DNA of 64,000 bases from Podarcis filfolensis. Lineage: Eukaryota. The DNA is taken from the NCBI GenBank assembly GCA_964270895.1, contig OZ185446.1, one strand, 5' to 3'. The notes under the pieces are model-generated. The model worked only from the letters and a program-made list of their open reading frames with translations. It searched no databases and was not told where the DNA came from. Shown one piece after another: positions 47,969 to 60,629 of the stretch. The position numbers and the translations under genes were made by a program. The number at the start of each line of letters is the position of its first letter. Position 1 is the first letter of the stretch.

Positions 47969-48300
47969 TAACCCAAGACTAGTAAAATAAGAGAACACAA
48001 CTTAAAATGGTTCAGAAGCACTGCCTTAACAATATAAATAAACTGACATCCATCAGTTTCTTGGAATTGATATGCATCCTATTTCAGGTGGTGAGACCTA
48101 GAGGATGGGCTCCTTCGGAACCACTTAAAGAATGTATATTATATATTGAACACACATACACACTCACACCCCCTCACACACTCACAGCTTTTATGCTTCT
48201 TCTCTTTGTTATTTCTAACAGTGATGCATAATTGGCTTCATCCCAAAGAGTCAGACTCTGAGAATTTCTACAACTGAATGAAGAAAAAAGTGCACTGTAC

Positions 48301-48341
48301 CTTTCTGATATATCGCGGCTAAATAAGACGGAAGGTATTAG
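48301..48341 (-). CDS. PLEKHA8: PLEKHA8 exon 6, 41 nt: LIPSVLFSRDISE(R)
   Basis: Strong pyrimidine tract plus CAG acceptor and GT donor; length and phases (0 to 2) bridge exons 5 and 7 exactly; sequence diverged from human. Confidence 0.8.
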
Positions 48342-49100
48342 CTGTGGGGAGGAAAGAAAAAGAAAACTGTTTATGCTGGTATCATTAAACCTCAGAAACT
48401 TACTTTCCTTCAGAGCGCCACTGTGGCACCCCTCACATCTGGCCAGCAGACTCATTGCTCCTTAGCAGGAGGGGAACACGTAGTGGGAAGGATGTTGGTA
48501 CTGTGTGAGCATACCAGCAGAAGTGCCAGTTTGACTCCACAGGTGCATCCGTACAGTGCCAATGTCCCTCACCCCTCCTCCTCACAGGCAGCAGCAGCTA
48601 TTCTGATGGCTAGGTTTGCGGCACTGCCACTTCCCACTGGCTGCTTCAGCTTTCCTTAGCTACATCCAAAGAATATGGAAGGATTCAACACACAAACCTA
48701 TGCATGTAGGGCCGGCTCTACCATTAGGCAGGTGAAGCAATCATCTGATGTGGAAAATGCTGAATGGCATTCCTGCCTCATCCCCCTCTCCTCCAAGTCC
48801 CCTAAGCTAGGTTGCCCTGAACCCCCTAAAGTAGCTGCTGCCCTCAAGTGTGAAGAGGCTTCACATTGCCATTCTATACATGGAATGGGAAGGGCACCAT
48901 CTTGTCCTTTTGCCTCAGGCAGCAAAATGTTTTGGACCGACCCTCTATATAGCAGTATGCTGCTCTTCATGGTCTCAGGGGTCAGTTTTCCTTTTTTCTT
49001 GTTTAATCATTGTCCTTCTTATTACCGAATGAGTCTTACTAGGCACTTCACCAATGACTATACTGCAAAATGTCTTCGACCCTCAGCTTGATTTATTGTA

Positions 49101-49289
49101 TAGTCAAACCTCGGTTCCCAAATGGCTCCGGTTTTTGAATGTTTTTCAGAAGCCGAATGTCCGATGCAGCTTCTGCCTGAGTGCAGGAAGCTCCTGCAAC
49201 CAATCAGAAGCCGCGCCTCGGATGCCGAACATTTCGGAAGCCGAATGGGCTTCTGGAACGGATTATGTTCAACAACCGAGGTTTGACTG
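49101..49289. mobile_element. Tc1/mariner-type MITE related to family 1
   Basis: TA|TAGTCAAACCTCGG ... CCGAGGTTTGACTG|TA. Confidence 0.8.
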
Positions 49290-49468
49290 TACACTTTAAC
49301 TTGTAAAGTTCCAAAATTGGGTACAACTCAAACAGGCAAACTGGCACAGCAGCCTCCTAGTTAAAACATGCGTTCCGAAGTTGCTAAATAAATGCAGTGC
49401 TGAACAATAGCGCAACCAAGGGAAGGGTGGATTGCCACTTTAGAATCAGAGGTTGCGCTTAAGCTTAC

Positions 49469-49612
49469 CTTGTTCGGTTTGGAAACGCTGGGGGATTCAG
49501 ACGGGAGCAGCTCCGAAGAGAAGGCTGCATTTGCAATGTGCATACAATCTTCAAGGGTCTTCAGAAAGGTGGTGCAGGTGGATTTCAACAGCGCTCCCAT
49601 ATCAATTCCATT
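49469..49612 (-). CDS. PLEKHA8: PLEKHA8 exon 5, 144 nt: NGIDMGALLKSTCTTFLKTLEDCMHIANAAFSSELLPSESPSVSKPNK
   Basis: AG/GT boundaries; LLKSTC.TFLKTLE.CM.IANAAF conserved. Confidence 0.95.
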
Positions 49613-50541
49613 CTGCAAAATGGGAAGATGACTTTACCTTCCAAGAACTACCTGGCTTCTAGGCTATCGAGCCTGCCCCAAACCAGGGTCCTAACGTTTG
49701 CTTTTTCCAGCACAGGTTGACACACCAGCACAAACAACTTATTTATTTAGTTAAAATTCCAGGGTGTGTGTTTGTGTGTTCACAAGGACATAAAAACACA
49801 ACAATAAATCAACAGTATAAAAGGCACAGATAGAAGAAGTAGAGCAACACTCTAAGGCAATGCTAACAGAATTTTTAAAACAAATTCTGGGCGAATAGAA
49901 AGGTTTTTTTGCTGCACAGTAATATTAGTGGCAGGTTAGACCTCCTAGAGGAGTGAGTTAGGTAACATCTCCCCCCTTTTGTTGACATCTGCCTCACTAC
50001 TGATTGGGGAGGCACTGGCAAGAGCATCTCAACAGATGATACAGTGATATGGGGGTCTCTTTCTCCCCAACACTTCAGACTCGGGTGTCCAGGGCATGCC
50101 ATTCTTAATTAACAACCATAATAACACCCTGTTCTACTAAATGTTGATCTTTTCCAGTCTGCATCTGAACTGGAATTGTTTTAAAGATGTTTTGAAGATC
50201 CTCTTTGGAAGGGTGAGAGATAAATTTAATGAGTAAAAATAAACGCACCCGGAGCGGCATGTGGCAGAACCATACAAGTTGTACTGATATGTACATAAAA
50301 AACACCCTCAATAAACAATTTCTAAATAATGAAAAGCATACAATACAACCAACCCCCAACAGCAGCAGGCAAAGGCCAGCATCTTCAGACCGGCCAAAAG
50401 CTGAGGGGGTCTTGGGATGTGGCGTTAAGTGCTGCTCCACCTGTAACATATTACTGATGCTACAGCGAAGGGATTGCTGCTATGGATGTGAAGTTCTCTC
50501 GCACCTTGGACATGGTCAGGTTTTATTTGATATCACATTAC

Positions 50542-50666
50542 CTGAGCTGCTGAAACACCAGACAGGCCGACTTCCTTCGTTTTAGCCACTTGCTCAACAA
50601 GGAGGTCACAATACAGCCGGAGTTCTGCCATTTTTGTTTTCAAAGTGTCCGTGTTTTCTGTAAACT
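50542..50666 (-). CDS. PLEKHA8: PLEKHA8 exon 4, 125 nt: (E)FTENTDTLKTKMAELRLYCDLLVEQVAKTKEVGLSGVSAAQ
   Basis: AG/GT boundaries; LKTKM.ELRLYCDLL conserved in FAPP proteins. Confidence 0.96.
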
Positions 50667-50745
50667 CTGAATTAATAGCAGTAACACAGGTAAGTCAAAG
50701 AGATGTGATCAGAAACAACTTTATAAAGCTTCTAAATTGCTAAAT

Positions 50746-50875
50746 CAGGCATAGGCAAACTTGGTCCTCCAGATGTTTTGGGACTACAACTCCCATCATC
50801 CCTGACCACTGGTCCTGTTAGCTAGGGGTGATGGGAGTTGTAGTCCCAAAACATCTGGAGGGCCGAATATGCCTG
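50746..50875. mobile_element. Palindromic hAT-type MITE
   Basis: CAGGCATAGGCAAAC start; hairpin interior nearly identical to 55608-55743. Confidence 0.85.
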
Positions 50876-51214
50876 AACTACATACTTTTCAATGCTGCAA
50901 ATAAATACCCATTATCACAATTCCACCCCCCTAATAGGTGGGTTATTTGGAGGGAGTACAAAATTTAATCAACAAACGGATAAAATTAGCAATTCTTTCT
51001 TTCTGTGCCCATGTAATGCTGAATCAAAATAATGTGTTGGAACTAAACAGAGCCTCAAAGGCTGTGGTGTGGAAGGTCCCACAAAACACAAGACAAACTG
51101 TTCTAAATATTTACTGACAGGAAAATAAAACTGGAAACACAAAGCAAGCAATGTTGCTTTCTGGGATGCTGGGAAGTAAGGTGGGGATAGAAGTCTCAGC
51201 TAAGAACGGCTTGC

Positions 51215-51370
51215 CTTTTTCTTTCTGTGTCCGGACATCCGTCAAGCAGGCCTTGGCAGTTCCTAGAGCGATCAGCCACTTTTGCCTCTCCGCCGCATTT
51301 CTGGCTTTCAGATAGAAGTACTGTTCTCCCGGGATGATCAAATCTACCCGCGTATTGTCTGCAGAATGAA
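51215..51370 (-). CDS. PLEKHA8: PLEKHA8 exon 3, 156 nt: (V)[51 protein letters not shown]
   Basis: PH-domain C-terminal half; AG acceptor; donor is non-canonical GC (AAG|GCAAGC at 51214-51213). Confidence 0.93.
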
Positions 51371-51863
51371 CTAAGATCAACAGAATTAGACTTGTTTCAG
51401 CTTACTAAGCCAACATCATGGAAGAGCTCTGTGCCCATGAACGCTGCCAATTCCCTCTTCCGTTCTCAGCGTGTTGTAACTGAAGATTTCCTAGGTCAAT
51501 CAACCACGGTTTCCCGTTATGTCCAACAGGTCAAACTATGGTAATGAGGATGGGGGCGGGGGAGACAGGATCTGAAACCAACTTCAAACCACGGTTTCAG
51601 GTGCTGGCTCGTTCTCTTCAAGGTAACCACGGTTTCCTGAATCATTTGGTTAGTTAAGCAAGGAAGTATTCCGTTGTAGTGTGTCAAGGAAAGATAGGGT
51701 GGCACAAATGGTGTGTGTGTGTTAAGCCTCAAGCATATCTTGGCTTGATAAACCAAGGTTTGTTACTTACAGTCAAATGAGGCTGTGTGTAGATGTCTGA
51801 ATGGAATTGACATGTTCTAGTTCACAATGGAAGTCCCACTGCAGATTCATGTCTCTTAGTTAC

Positions 51864-51980
51864 CTTGAATTTCACATACTGCCATCTGGATGCTCCCCTT
51901 ACAGCCTTTCCAAGCATCTTCCCGTGAATCGTAGTAGGATAACACACCTCCTGCGAGAATGAACCATCGAGGCTGCCAGC
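51864..51980 (-). CDS. PLEKHA8: PLEKHA8 exon 2, 117 nt: (G)[38 protein letters not shown]
   Basis: PH domain WQPRWF motif; AG/GT boundaries. Confidence 0.97.
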
Positions 51981-52295
51981 CTGGGAAGAAACATGTTTTT
52001 TCAATCACAGCCAGAAGGAATATACATGTATCTAGTTGGCATTTGCAAAACTGTTGGTTGAATCCATCTGTCTTGAGAGAGAATGGGCTGCAGCCTTCAG
52101 GGTTGAAGTCAAACCACCGGGGAATCACAGTGCCTGCTGCAGCTACAGAGATTGGCAACGCGTAACTGCTACGTCCTGCGTTGTTTCATCTCCCTGGGGT
52201 CCAAGTCTGGACAGTGTGTTTGGAGGTCCTGGGCTGCCCAGAGAACAAGACTCCCCTTCTCAGCCTTGTTGATGTGGTCCAAAGGAAAGCAGAAC

Positions 52296-53199
52296 TTTGG
52301 GGAATTATAGGGACAGAACTGCAGGGACGCAGGTGGCGCTGTGGGTAAAACCTCAGTGCCTAGGACTTGCCGATCGTATGGTTGGCGGTTCGAATCCCCG
52401 CGGCGGGGTGAGTTCCCGTCGTTCGGTCCCAGCTCCTGCCCACCTAGCAGTTCGAAAGCACCCCTAAGTGCAAGTAGATAAATAGGGACCGCTTTATAGC
52501 GGGAAGGTAAATGGCATTTCCGTGTGCTGCGCTGGTGCTGGCTCGCCAGCTGCAGCTTCGTCACGCTGGCCATGTGACTCGGAAGTGCCTTCGGACGGCG
52601 CCGGCTCCCGGCCTTTAGAGCGAGATGAGCACGCAACCCTAGAGTCGGACACGACTGGCCCATACGGGCAGGGGTACCTTTACCTTTTTTTAGGGACAGA
52701 ACTACCTAAACTGTATAGAAACTTATTCATGTATGCTACTACAGCAGCAAGAATGTTACTCGCCCAAAAATGGAAAGAAGCAGAAGTCCCAGCAAAGGAA
52801 AAATGGGTACAAAATATGCAGAAATGGTGAAACTTACCAGAAGAATAAGAAATCAAGATAACAAACTTTTATAAAAGTTTGTTATCTTGATTTCTTATTC
52901 TTGGAATGGTTTATTGGATGGAAATGGTTTCTTGAATATTTACAGATAAATTGTAAACAGATAAGAACAGTGGCAGGATTATTGTAATAACCTGCAGTTT
53001 TATAAGAGTATATACTTAAAGTAGATGAATAAATGAGCAAATTAAGTTAATTTGGATATGCAGAAGGTATTAAAAATAAATTTAAGGAACTGCAGAAAGA
53101 GGGGGAAGGAAGTCAAGTTTTGAAATGTTAAAATGATTGTAAAATTAGTGAAATGTATAAACCTGAAAAGCATAAATATTTTTTTTTATAAAACCAAAA
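52296..53199 (+). mobile_element. 5'-truncated L1 3' fragment interrupted by a SINE
   Basis: 17-bp TSD CCAAAGGAAAGCAGAAC (52279-52295 and 53200-53216); translates to LFMYATTAARMLLAQKWK, homologous to the 18670 element. Confidence 0.88.
52324..52690 (+). mobile_element. Sauria SINE, full length, subfamily B, nested in L1
   Basis: 13-bp TSD TAGGGACAGAACT (52308-52320 and 52691-52703). Confidence 0.94.
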
Positions 53200-55607
53200 C
53201 CAAAGGAAAGCAGAACAATGCATTTGGCACCAGCTTGGCTGCAGGAGTTGACAGAAGGAGGAGGACAATACACCATCCAACCGTCTTAGGGACTCCAATC
53301 TGGATTTGTGTAGGGTTTACTCCTTAGCCTTTTCTCTTCTCAAACATGTCCCACATGGCAACAGGTATAGATTTTCCTTGGGGTTTACTACCAAAACCTT
53401 TCTAATGAATGAATATGTAGCCACAAGGCAGAGAAGGTTTAGCATCAGAGTTTTCTTTCTCCCAGATGGGTTACCTTCCCAGGCTGACAAGCCCCACAAA
53501 ACAGCGAGTCTGTATACTTTTGTTAAAACCCGAACTTGTGGCAGAATTAACTGTGTTGCCCTGGTTTGCATGTAACACTAAGCCAACCTATATACAGAAT
53601 TTGGGTTTTTTTAACAGCAAACACTTTTTTTTTTTTACAAAAAAAAGAGACACATCGCGTAAGTGCACACCTGACTGCTGAGAAGCGAACGGCGCAATCC
53701 TAACCATGTCCCCTTAGGAGTAAAGCATACTGAATTCAATGGGCTTACTCGCAGGGAAAGGGGGTTAGGAGATTGCAGCCCATGTCTTAGCTCAGTTCTT
53801 CTTGCAAAGTCTGTTCCAGAATGGCTCCTATGCTCTGCTCCCCTTCTCTGGCTTCTGCACGGCAACAAGACAGCCAAAATGAAGCAGCTCCAGAACAAAC
53901 CAAGGCCCACACCTGCTGGAATAATGGAGGGAGACCATTGCCGGCCATCACGGCCATGCTTTGGAAGAACTTCGCCTTCACTGCACAGAAAGAGGTGGGT
54001 CATTCCTGGGCAAAACTGGCTTGTTTCACACAAGCACCAGCTGTTTGCAGCATCTGGCGAAATGTCAGGCACGCAAACTAATTTAATCCTGAACTGCAGC
54101 CAGGCACAGATCTGCCAATACGTCCATTAAAGCCAAGGACTTGCAAGAGTACAGGCAAACAAGTCAACCTTCCCCAGAGCTACTTGCCCTGGTGCTATTG
54201 GAAAAACACCTCTGCTTTCTATTACCAAATCTAATATACAAAGCCCCTACTGCAGTTCCAGTGGGGGGGGGGGGGAGGTCTTGCCAGGAAGACTTCAGTT
54301 CCTCAATCTGTGTCCTGAGACATGAACGGGAAAGGCAACAACATGGATAAGATAAACACCACACACAGGAAATAGATGGGATACAAAACTCCTCTTGCAG
54401 AATTTTTTTTTATTAAATGTGTTAATACAAATGGAAGTCAAAAACTCTGTAGCTGTTGATAAAGAATTAAGATCAAGACTGAATGTAATTGGATCAATTA
54501 AGACTCAGAAGCAGGATGAAATAATATCATTTCACCTTGAAATCCAGCATGCGGGAGGCCACATAAAATGTATAAGTGGCTTTATAATTTGTATGTGTGT
54601 GTTTATATGAATCTGAATTGTAATTTGAGATTGATAAAATGTGGTTTATATTGGAAAAAAATAAGTAATCCAATATAAATATGCACGGAAACTCAGGTAA
54701 CAGATAATGAAACGGTGTGTTCAGTAGCAGCTAATTGATTTAGACCTCTCCGTGGCATAAAAATGACCGTGTAAGTAATACATAGCACTTCAGTCAACGT
54801 AATACTTTAATTCACGGTTGGGAGTCTGATCACAAATAATCTTAACTATGCTCTTCTGTCGTGCTGCAGCGGCAGAACAGCTCCTCTTGCACATGACCAA
54901 TTTACAGTATTCTGTAACAAACTGTAAAATGTGTTTTAACCACTGTGCATAGGAGCTCCCGTTCCAGTCCACATTTGCGCAGTCATGGGAACTTGCTGTG
55001 TTGTGAGAACCAGGCCACTGAAAGCTGTATACAGATGTGGAGTGATCATTATATGGTACTTTTGAGAGTGCAAGTATTTGAACTTGCATCTACCGCAAAG
55101 CTTGGTTGCGTAAGTAAGTCACACCCTTCTAATTTAATATTATCAGATAATTCCAATACAGTATAGATGCAGATTAATTTCTGGAGTTAGTACATGGAAA
55201 CTTGCTTCGAACTGGGTTAATCCCAAAGCCATATTATGCTATTACGTCACGTTTAATCTGAGCTAGCTCTCCAGCAAAGGCCACCAAGTTGCATACATTC
55301 CTAAATGATTTCACAAATGGGGATTTAAAAGGAAAAGTGTTGAGTAAAATTACTTAGGGTTAAAAATCCAGCTCAGAAACAGGCCCTAGCTATTGTCTTA
55401 TAAGCCCTGTTCAAGATCAAATAATATGTTGAAATCTCCATAATTTGTATTAACAAAATGTACCCCTTTTATTGACATAAATTTTAAGAACCCTACTGCA
55501 GGGAAGCTTTCAGTGTTAATCAAAATTCTGGCAATGATTGGGTTCTATCTTTAGTGTAGTAAGAAATCTAGGAGTAATCCTAAAATGACAAGCTGGTTAG
55601 TTTAACA

Positions 55608-55743
55608 CAGGCATAGGCAAACTCAGCCCTCCAGACATTTTGGGACTATAATTCCCATCATCCCTAGCTAACAGGACCAGTGGTCAGGGGTGATGGGAAT
55701 TGTAGTCCCAAAACATCTGGAGGGCCGAGTTTGCCTATACCTG
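55608..55743. mobile_element. Palindromic hAT-type MITE
   Basis: Terminal inverted repeats CAGGCATAGGCAAACTC/GAGTTTGCCTATACCTG; 8-bp TSD GTTTAACA/GTTTAATA. Confidence 0.9.
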
Positions 55744-55751
55744 GTTTAATA

Positions 55752-57215
55752 TCTGGTACTGGTGAAACTGATGGAAAGCATTGTTAAAGATAAAATGACC
55801 CAAGCTTATAGAAGAACAACTCTTACTGATATAGAGGCAGCGTGGCTTCTGGAAGGGTAACTGTCTCACAAACCTATTAGTGCAGGATGGAAGACTGTGC
55901 AGGATGGAAGACTGAAGAAACCCCAGCTAAAGAATCATGGCAAGAAAAATTGATGGATTATGCAGAACTGGCAAAACTGACATACAAGCTACGGGACAAG
56001 GATAACTGTGACTTTAAAGATGAATGGGAACCCTTTACAAAGTATTTGAAGACACAACAAAGCGAACTGGACTCCTTGGCTGGTTTTGAATAAACATTCA
56101 CAAACTTTTTATTGATAATAATCAGCTAAATAGTTTGAGGATCTATACAACTGTGTAACATGCAGAAAACAGCATTTTTAGAGAAATCAAAGACTGGAAC
56201 TGAGGGAAGTCGGGGGTGGGGGTGGGTGGGTTCTGTGGAGGGAGGGAGGAAAAATGGGGGGGAGAAATAAGGATGATATGTTTCTGGATAATATGCTTTG
56301 TTTTAATTTTGAATAAAAAGTTATTTTTTAAAAAAACACCTATTAGCGCCACTTGCAATGATCAGCATGCATACAGGGAGAGAACAATGTTCTTGTTGAG
56401 GTTGTGTATGCAGAAATTGGGACATGTGCTTTTCAATTTGTTCATAAATGATTTAGGGCTGAGCAGTGAGTCAGCCAAATTGTTCAGGGTTGTCCAAACC
56501 AAAAGAGACCGTGAAGAACTCCAAAAGAATATCGCCAAACTTAACAAAGGGGCAGTAAATTAGCAAACGCAGTTCGATATACACTGGGACAAAACATCCT
56601 AATTTCACACATATACTCATGGGGTCTAAGCTGATGGGGACTGACCAGGAACTTGCCAAAAAGTAGAAAAAGCTCCATGAAAATGTTGACCTCGTGTGTG
56701 GCAGCTGTGAAAAATATGAATTCCATTCTAGGAATCATGAGGAAAGGAACTGAAAACAAAACTGCCAATATAAGAAATCTATGGTGTGACCACACTGGGA
56801 ATACTTTGTACAGTTCTGACGGCCTCAGCTCAAAAATAATATTGGAATACCAGAAAAAAGTTCAGAAATGGGCCACCAAACTGATCAACGGGCTGGAGCA
56901 GCAACTCTGTGAAGAAAGGTGACAACATCTGGGGCTTCTTAGCTTAGAAAAAAGGTGTGTAAGAGGAAATACGGTAGAGATGCATCATAGTATCAAGAAA
57001 GCAGATAGAAAAATGGGGTTTTCCCTCTTGCATGACACCAGAACATGGAGACATCAGGTGCAGAAGAATGTTGGAAAAGGACTTTTGCACTCAACCAATA
57101 GTTAAATAAGGGAATCATCTTCAACAAGAGCTACTGATGGCCACCAACTTGGATGGCTTCAAAAGAAGATTAAATCAATTCATGGAGGATTAAGCTATCA
57201 GTAGCTACTAGTTAC
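55752..57215 (+). mobile_element. Degenerate CR1 LINE (RT region to 3' end), split by an L1 fragment
   Basis: Frameshifted CR1 motifs: GF.KG..CLTNL, LG.VLFNLFINDL, KVQKWATKLINGLEQ; typical GGCCACCAACTTGGATGGCTT 3' region. Confidence 0.8.
55881..56337 (+). mobile_element. L1 3' fragment nested in CR1
   Basis: ORF ...ESWQEKLMDYAELAKLT...EWEPFTKYL is an L1 ORF2 end; AATAAA at 56312-56317 and A-tail; TSD ACCTATTAG (55872-55880 and 56338-56346). Confidence 0.82.
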
Positions 57216-60200
57216 CACGGCTATCCTCTGCCTGCACAGATCAGAGGCAATACACATCAGAATATGGCTGGGTGATATCTGGTTTTCAACATTGTGATAT
57301 ATCACCAGCCAAACATCATGATATATTGATATATCGCAATGTCTGGGATGGAGGTACGTAGAGGCATTGGCATCACGGTTTTTCTCACATTGTGATTTTT
57401 GCACAGCACACACACATAATGATCTGCAAAATATCACCAGGTCAAAAATTACGAAACAATTATCACGATATGGACTTCAAACTGGTTTGGGACAAAATAT
57501 CGCCCAGTCCTAACACACATCATGATTCGCGATACATTCCCAAGTCAAAATTTATGAAATCGGTATCACAACATGGAATTCAATCTGGTTTGGGATGATA
57601 CATGTCGCCCAGCCCTACTTCTGAATTCTGGTTGTTGGCAGTTATCGGTTGGGAAAGTACTCGGATCCTGCTTTCAGGCTTCCCATACGTATCTCGTTGG
57701 CCACTACGAGAACAGGATGCTAGATTAGATAGGCAATCGGCCTGATCCAGTAGGTTTATGTTCAGTTTTTGTTTTGTTTTATTGCACTGATTTTTTAAAA
57801 AATCAAAAACATAATCTATATGGAGCCTCACCATAAGATCAGGTAGGTTTTTTTTTTTTTTAAAAAAAAAAGGCGTAGCCACAAACACCAACAGAGAATA
57901 TGACTCACAGTGTAAAACTGGAAGAAACGACACGTGGTATGAGGTGATATGTGGCATAGTTCAGCCCTATCTCTCCACCCATTAACTACAAACATAAGAA
58001 CCTGATTGTCAATGTTTATTTCGAAGCACATCTCACCAAAACTACTATGGACCAACTCCTACAAAATCTACCGCAAAGATTGCAGCCTAAATGGGCTTTG
58101 ATCCTCTTAATACTTAAACTCAACTTATTTGTGGACATTTCTTTGGCACAGCCCTGTGTATGTTTACTTGAGAAGGAGTCCTACTGAATTCTGCAGAGTT
58201 TACTTCTGGGGAAAACATGGATAGAATCGGGCAGTTGCTCTGAACCTCCTCCCAAAAGAAGCTTGTTGCCATGCTGGACAGCATAACTGAATTCAATTAA
58301 CAGAACAGGGCAGTTTTGTTCTGGAAAGCAAATTCATACATCTCATGGCTACCGAAGAATGATAAATGTGCTAAAAGCCCAGGAACAGGAGAGGAAGACT
58401 TGGGAAGCACGTCAGCGACGGAGGAAGTCGCTTTTGTGATCTGTTGCCTGCCCACGCCCTAGTTCTTGATCTCTGTACAAATTTCCTTGTCCTATCACTG
58501 AACTCCTACCGCCCTTGTACAACGCCAAGTCATCAGATATCGATGAGATGCTAAATCCTGCAGCAAGATTCTGAACTCATTAAGCTAAAGCATGCCGTTT
58601 CACACTCTCGAGTCAAGCATCTGGATTCTAGTTTGTGAAAAGGGATCAATATATTTTCCCAACATTGAGGACGACCTATTTCTTTTAAATATACCTTTTG
58701 TAAACCAAAATGTCATTCTGTGCTTACGCAACACTTTGTTCTGATTCAGCCTTGTAGTTTTGCTGCTCTACAACGAAGGGTGACAGAAACTGTTACACTT
58801 TCTGATTTCTTTCACGGTGAGCTCCGGCCAATAATTCCATGCACCTGGCCATGCAAATATTTGTAGGGCAGAGGACGCAATTCTTGTAAATATTTGAAAG
58901 TGTGGCACTTCTCTGACATTATTTAGGTTTTAAGAGTGGGCAGAAGGGATTGAAGATGCTGAAATCTGCTAAGCATGCCTGGTGGGTTTCGTTTTATTAT
59001 TATTTATGCATTATGTGTTTTGTTTAGTTACAGATTTTGTTCTGTAAACAGGAAACAGTTTGAAATTTGAATCTTCCTCAGGTAAAAAGCTGCAATCCTA
59101 TAATACTTTCTTTGCAACCCTATAATACTTTCCCTTTACACCCAGTAAGATTTACTTCTGAGTAGACATGCATAACATTGTGCTGCTAAGTGGCTGAAGC
59201 ATTTATTTTTTTTAAAGTCTAGTTACCACTATTTGAGTTAGGCCTATTTAGTCCCAATGAAATCTTCTGGACAAAAGCTAATCGGCAGGTAAAAGGCCAG
59301 GTAACACTCTCTGTGAGTGAGCTGACAGAGTTCATCAGTCAAGTTGCTGTGTGATACTTACTTAATCCTTAGGCACAGCTGCCTTTTCTATATGTCTTTT
59401 CTATATGACTCATCCAGCGGTGAGGAATCTCTGGCTCATATGCCTAATTCGGTCCACAAAGCCATTTTCTCTTAGCTATGCCCACTGGTCCTTCACTTGG
59501 CATCATATATGGGGTTTGCAGGAACTGCCAATCAGTTGACCTTAGGTGCCTACACATCACTGAACCTCTGCCCATGTGGTTTGGAATAATTCAGGGAAAG
59601 GAAATGGTGACATTAAGGTGTTGTCAGGTGACTGGCAGGTGGATGGCCCTATCCACCTGTCAAAATGGTGTGCAGGGGATGGTGAAGGTAAGGATCCTGC
59701 TCACTGGTTGGAAATGGTTTCCCACCCCTGAGTTGGTTTAAATCAAATTATTATTATTATTATTATTACTTATTGAATTTATATACCATCCTACACCTGG
59801 CGGTCTCACCCAGATTTGTATTACAACTTGATCTTCCAAAAGATAACTTCTCAAACAGAAGATATGCTTCGCAACACTTTGAGCACCACAGTCAGGGCAC
59901 AGGCACACTGTTAAGACACACACATATATTGGGCAGGAAACTCAGACGTCAGTCAATTGACGAAGGCAACAACAACAGCCCACTGAACACAGACATGAAA
60001 GAAACAAGACAAACATCAACTACATATACATATATGTGTATCATATTTATCACTCTGTTATCAATAAATTCCTCTAACTTTCTGTTCTTACCCTCCAAAA
60101 TGCATAGAGGAGCTACGCTGGTGCCAGGTGTAGATTTGCAGAAACACACGATGCTGCACCCATCCCAAGTCAGACTTATTCATCCATCTAGTCCCCGGCT

Positions 60201-60629
60201 GCCTTCTTCCTGAGAAGCGGCATTCGTTGTCCCGAGCAAAGTTCTCTTCCCCATCACCTTGGCAGCTCAGACCATGTCTAACCGGAGGTGTAGCCAGAGA
60301 CAGAGACTACTGCTCTTCTCATGCGCGCTGCTGCCCTTTAACCTGCAGCCGCTCCCTGCTTGATGGGGTTTTTTTGCGGGGGGGGGGGCCAAGGAAGCAG
60401 ATCCTACACTTGCTGCGCCTCTGAAACTCTTTAGGGATGACACAAGAGTCGCAAGGCACCTTAAAGATGTATGCGGTACCTTCGTGGTTGAGCCTGCCTA
60501 TTGCGGCGCTTAGGACCAGGGGTGTCAACTTGAATAAAATATGGGGGGGGGGCACAGATAAGAAGACTTGATCACATGACACGGCACATGGGAACCATTT
60601 GAATGACAATGCCCATCAACTTTTTTTAT

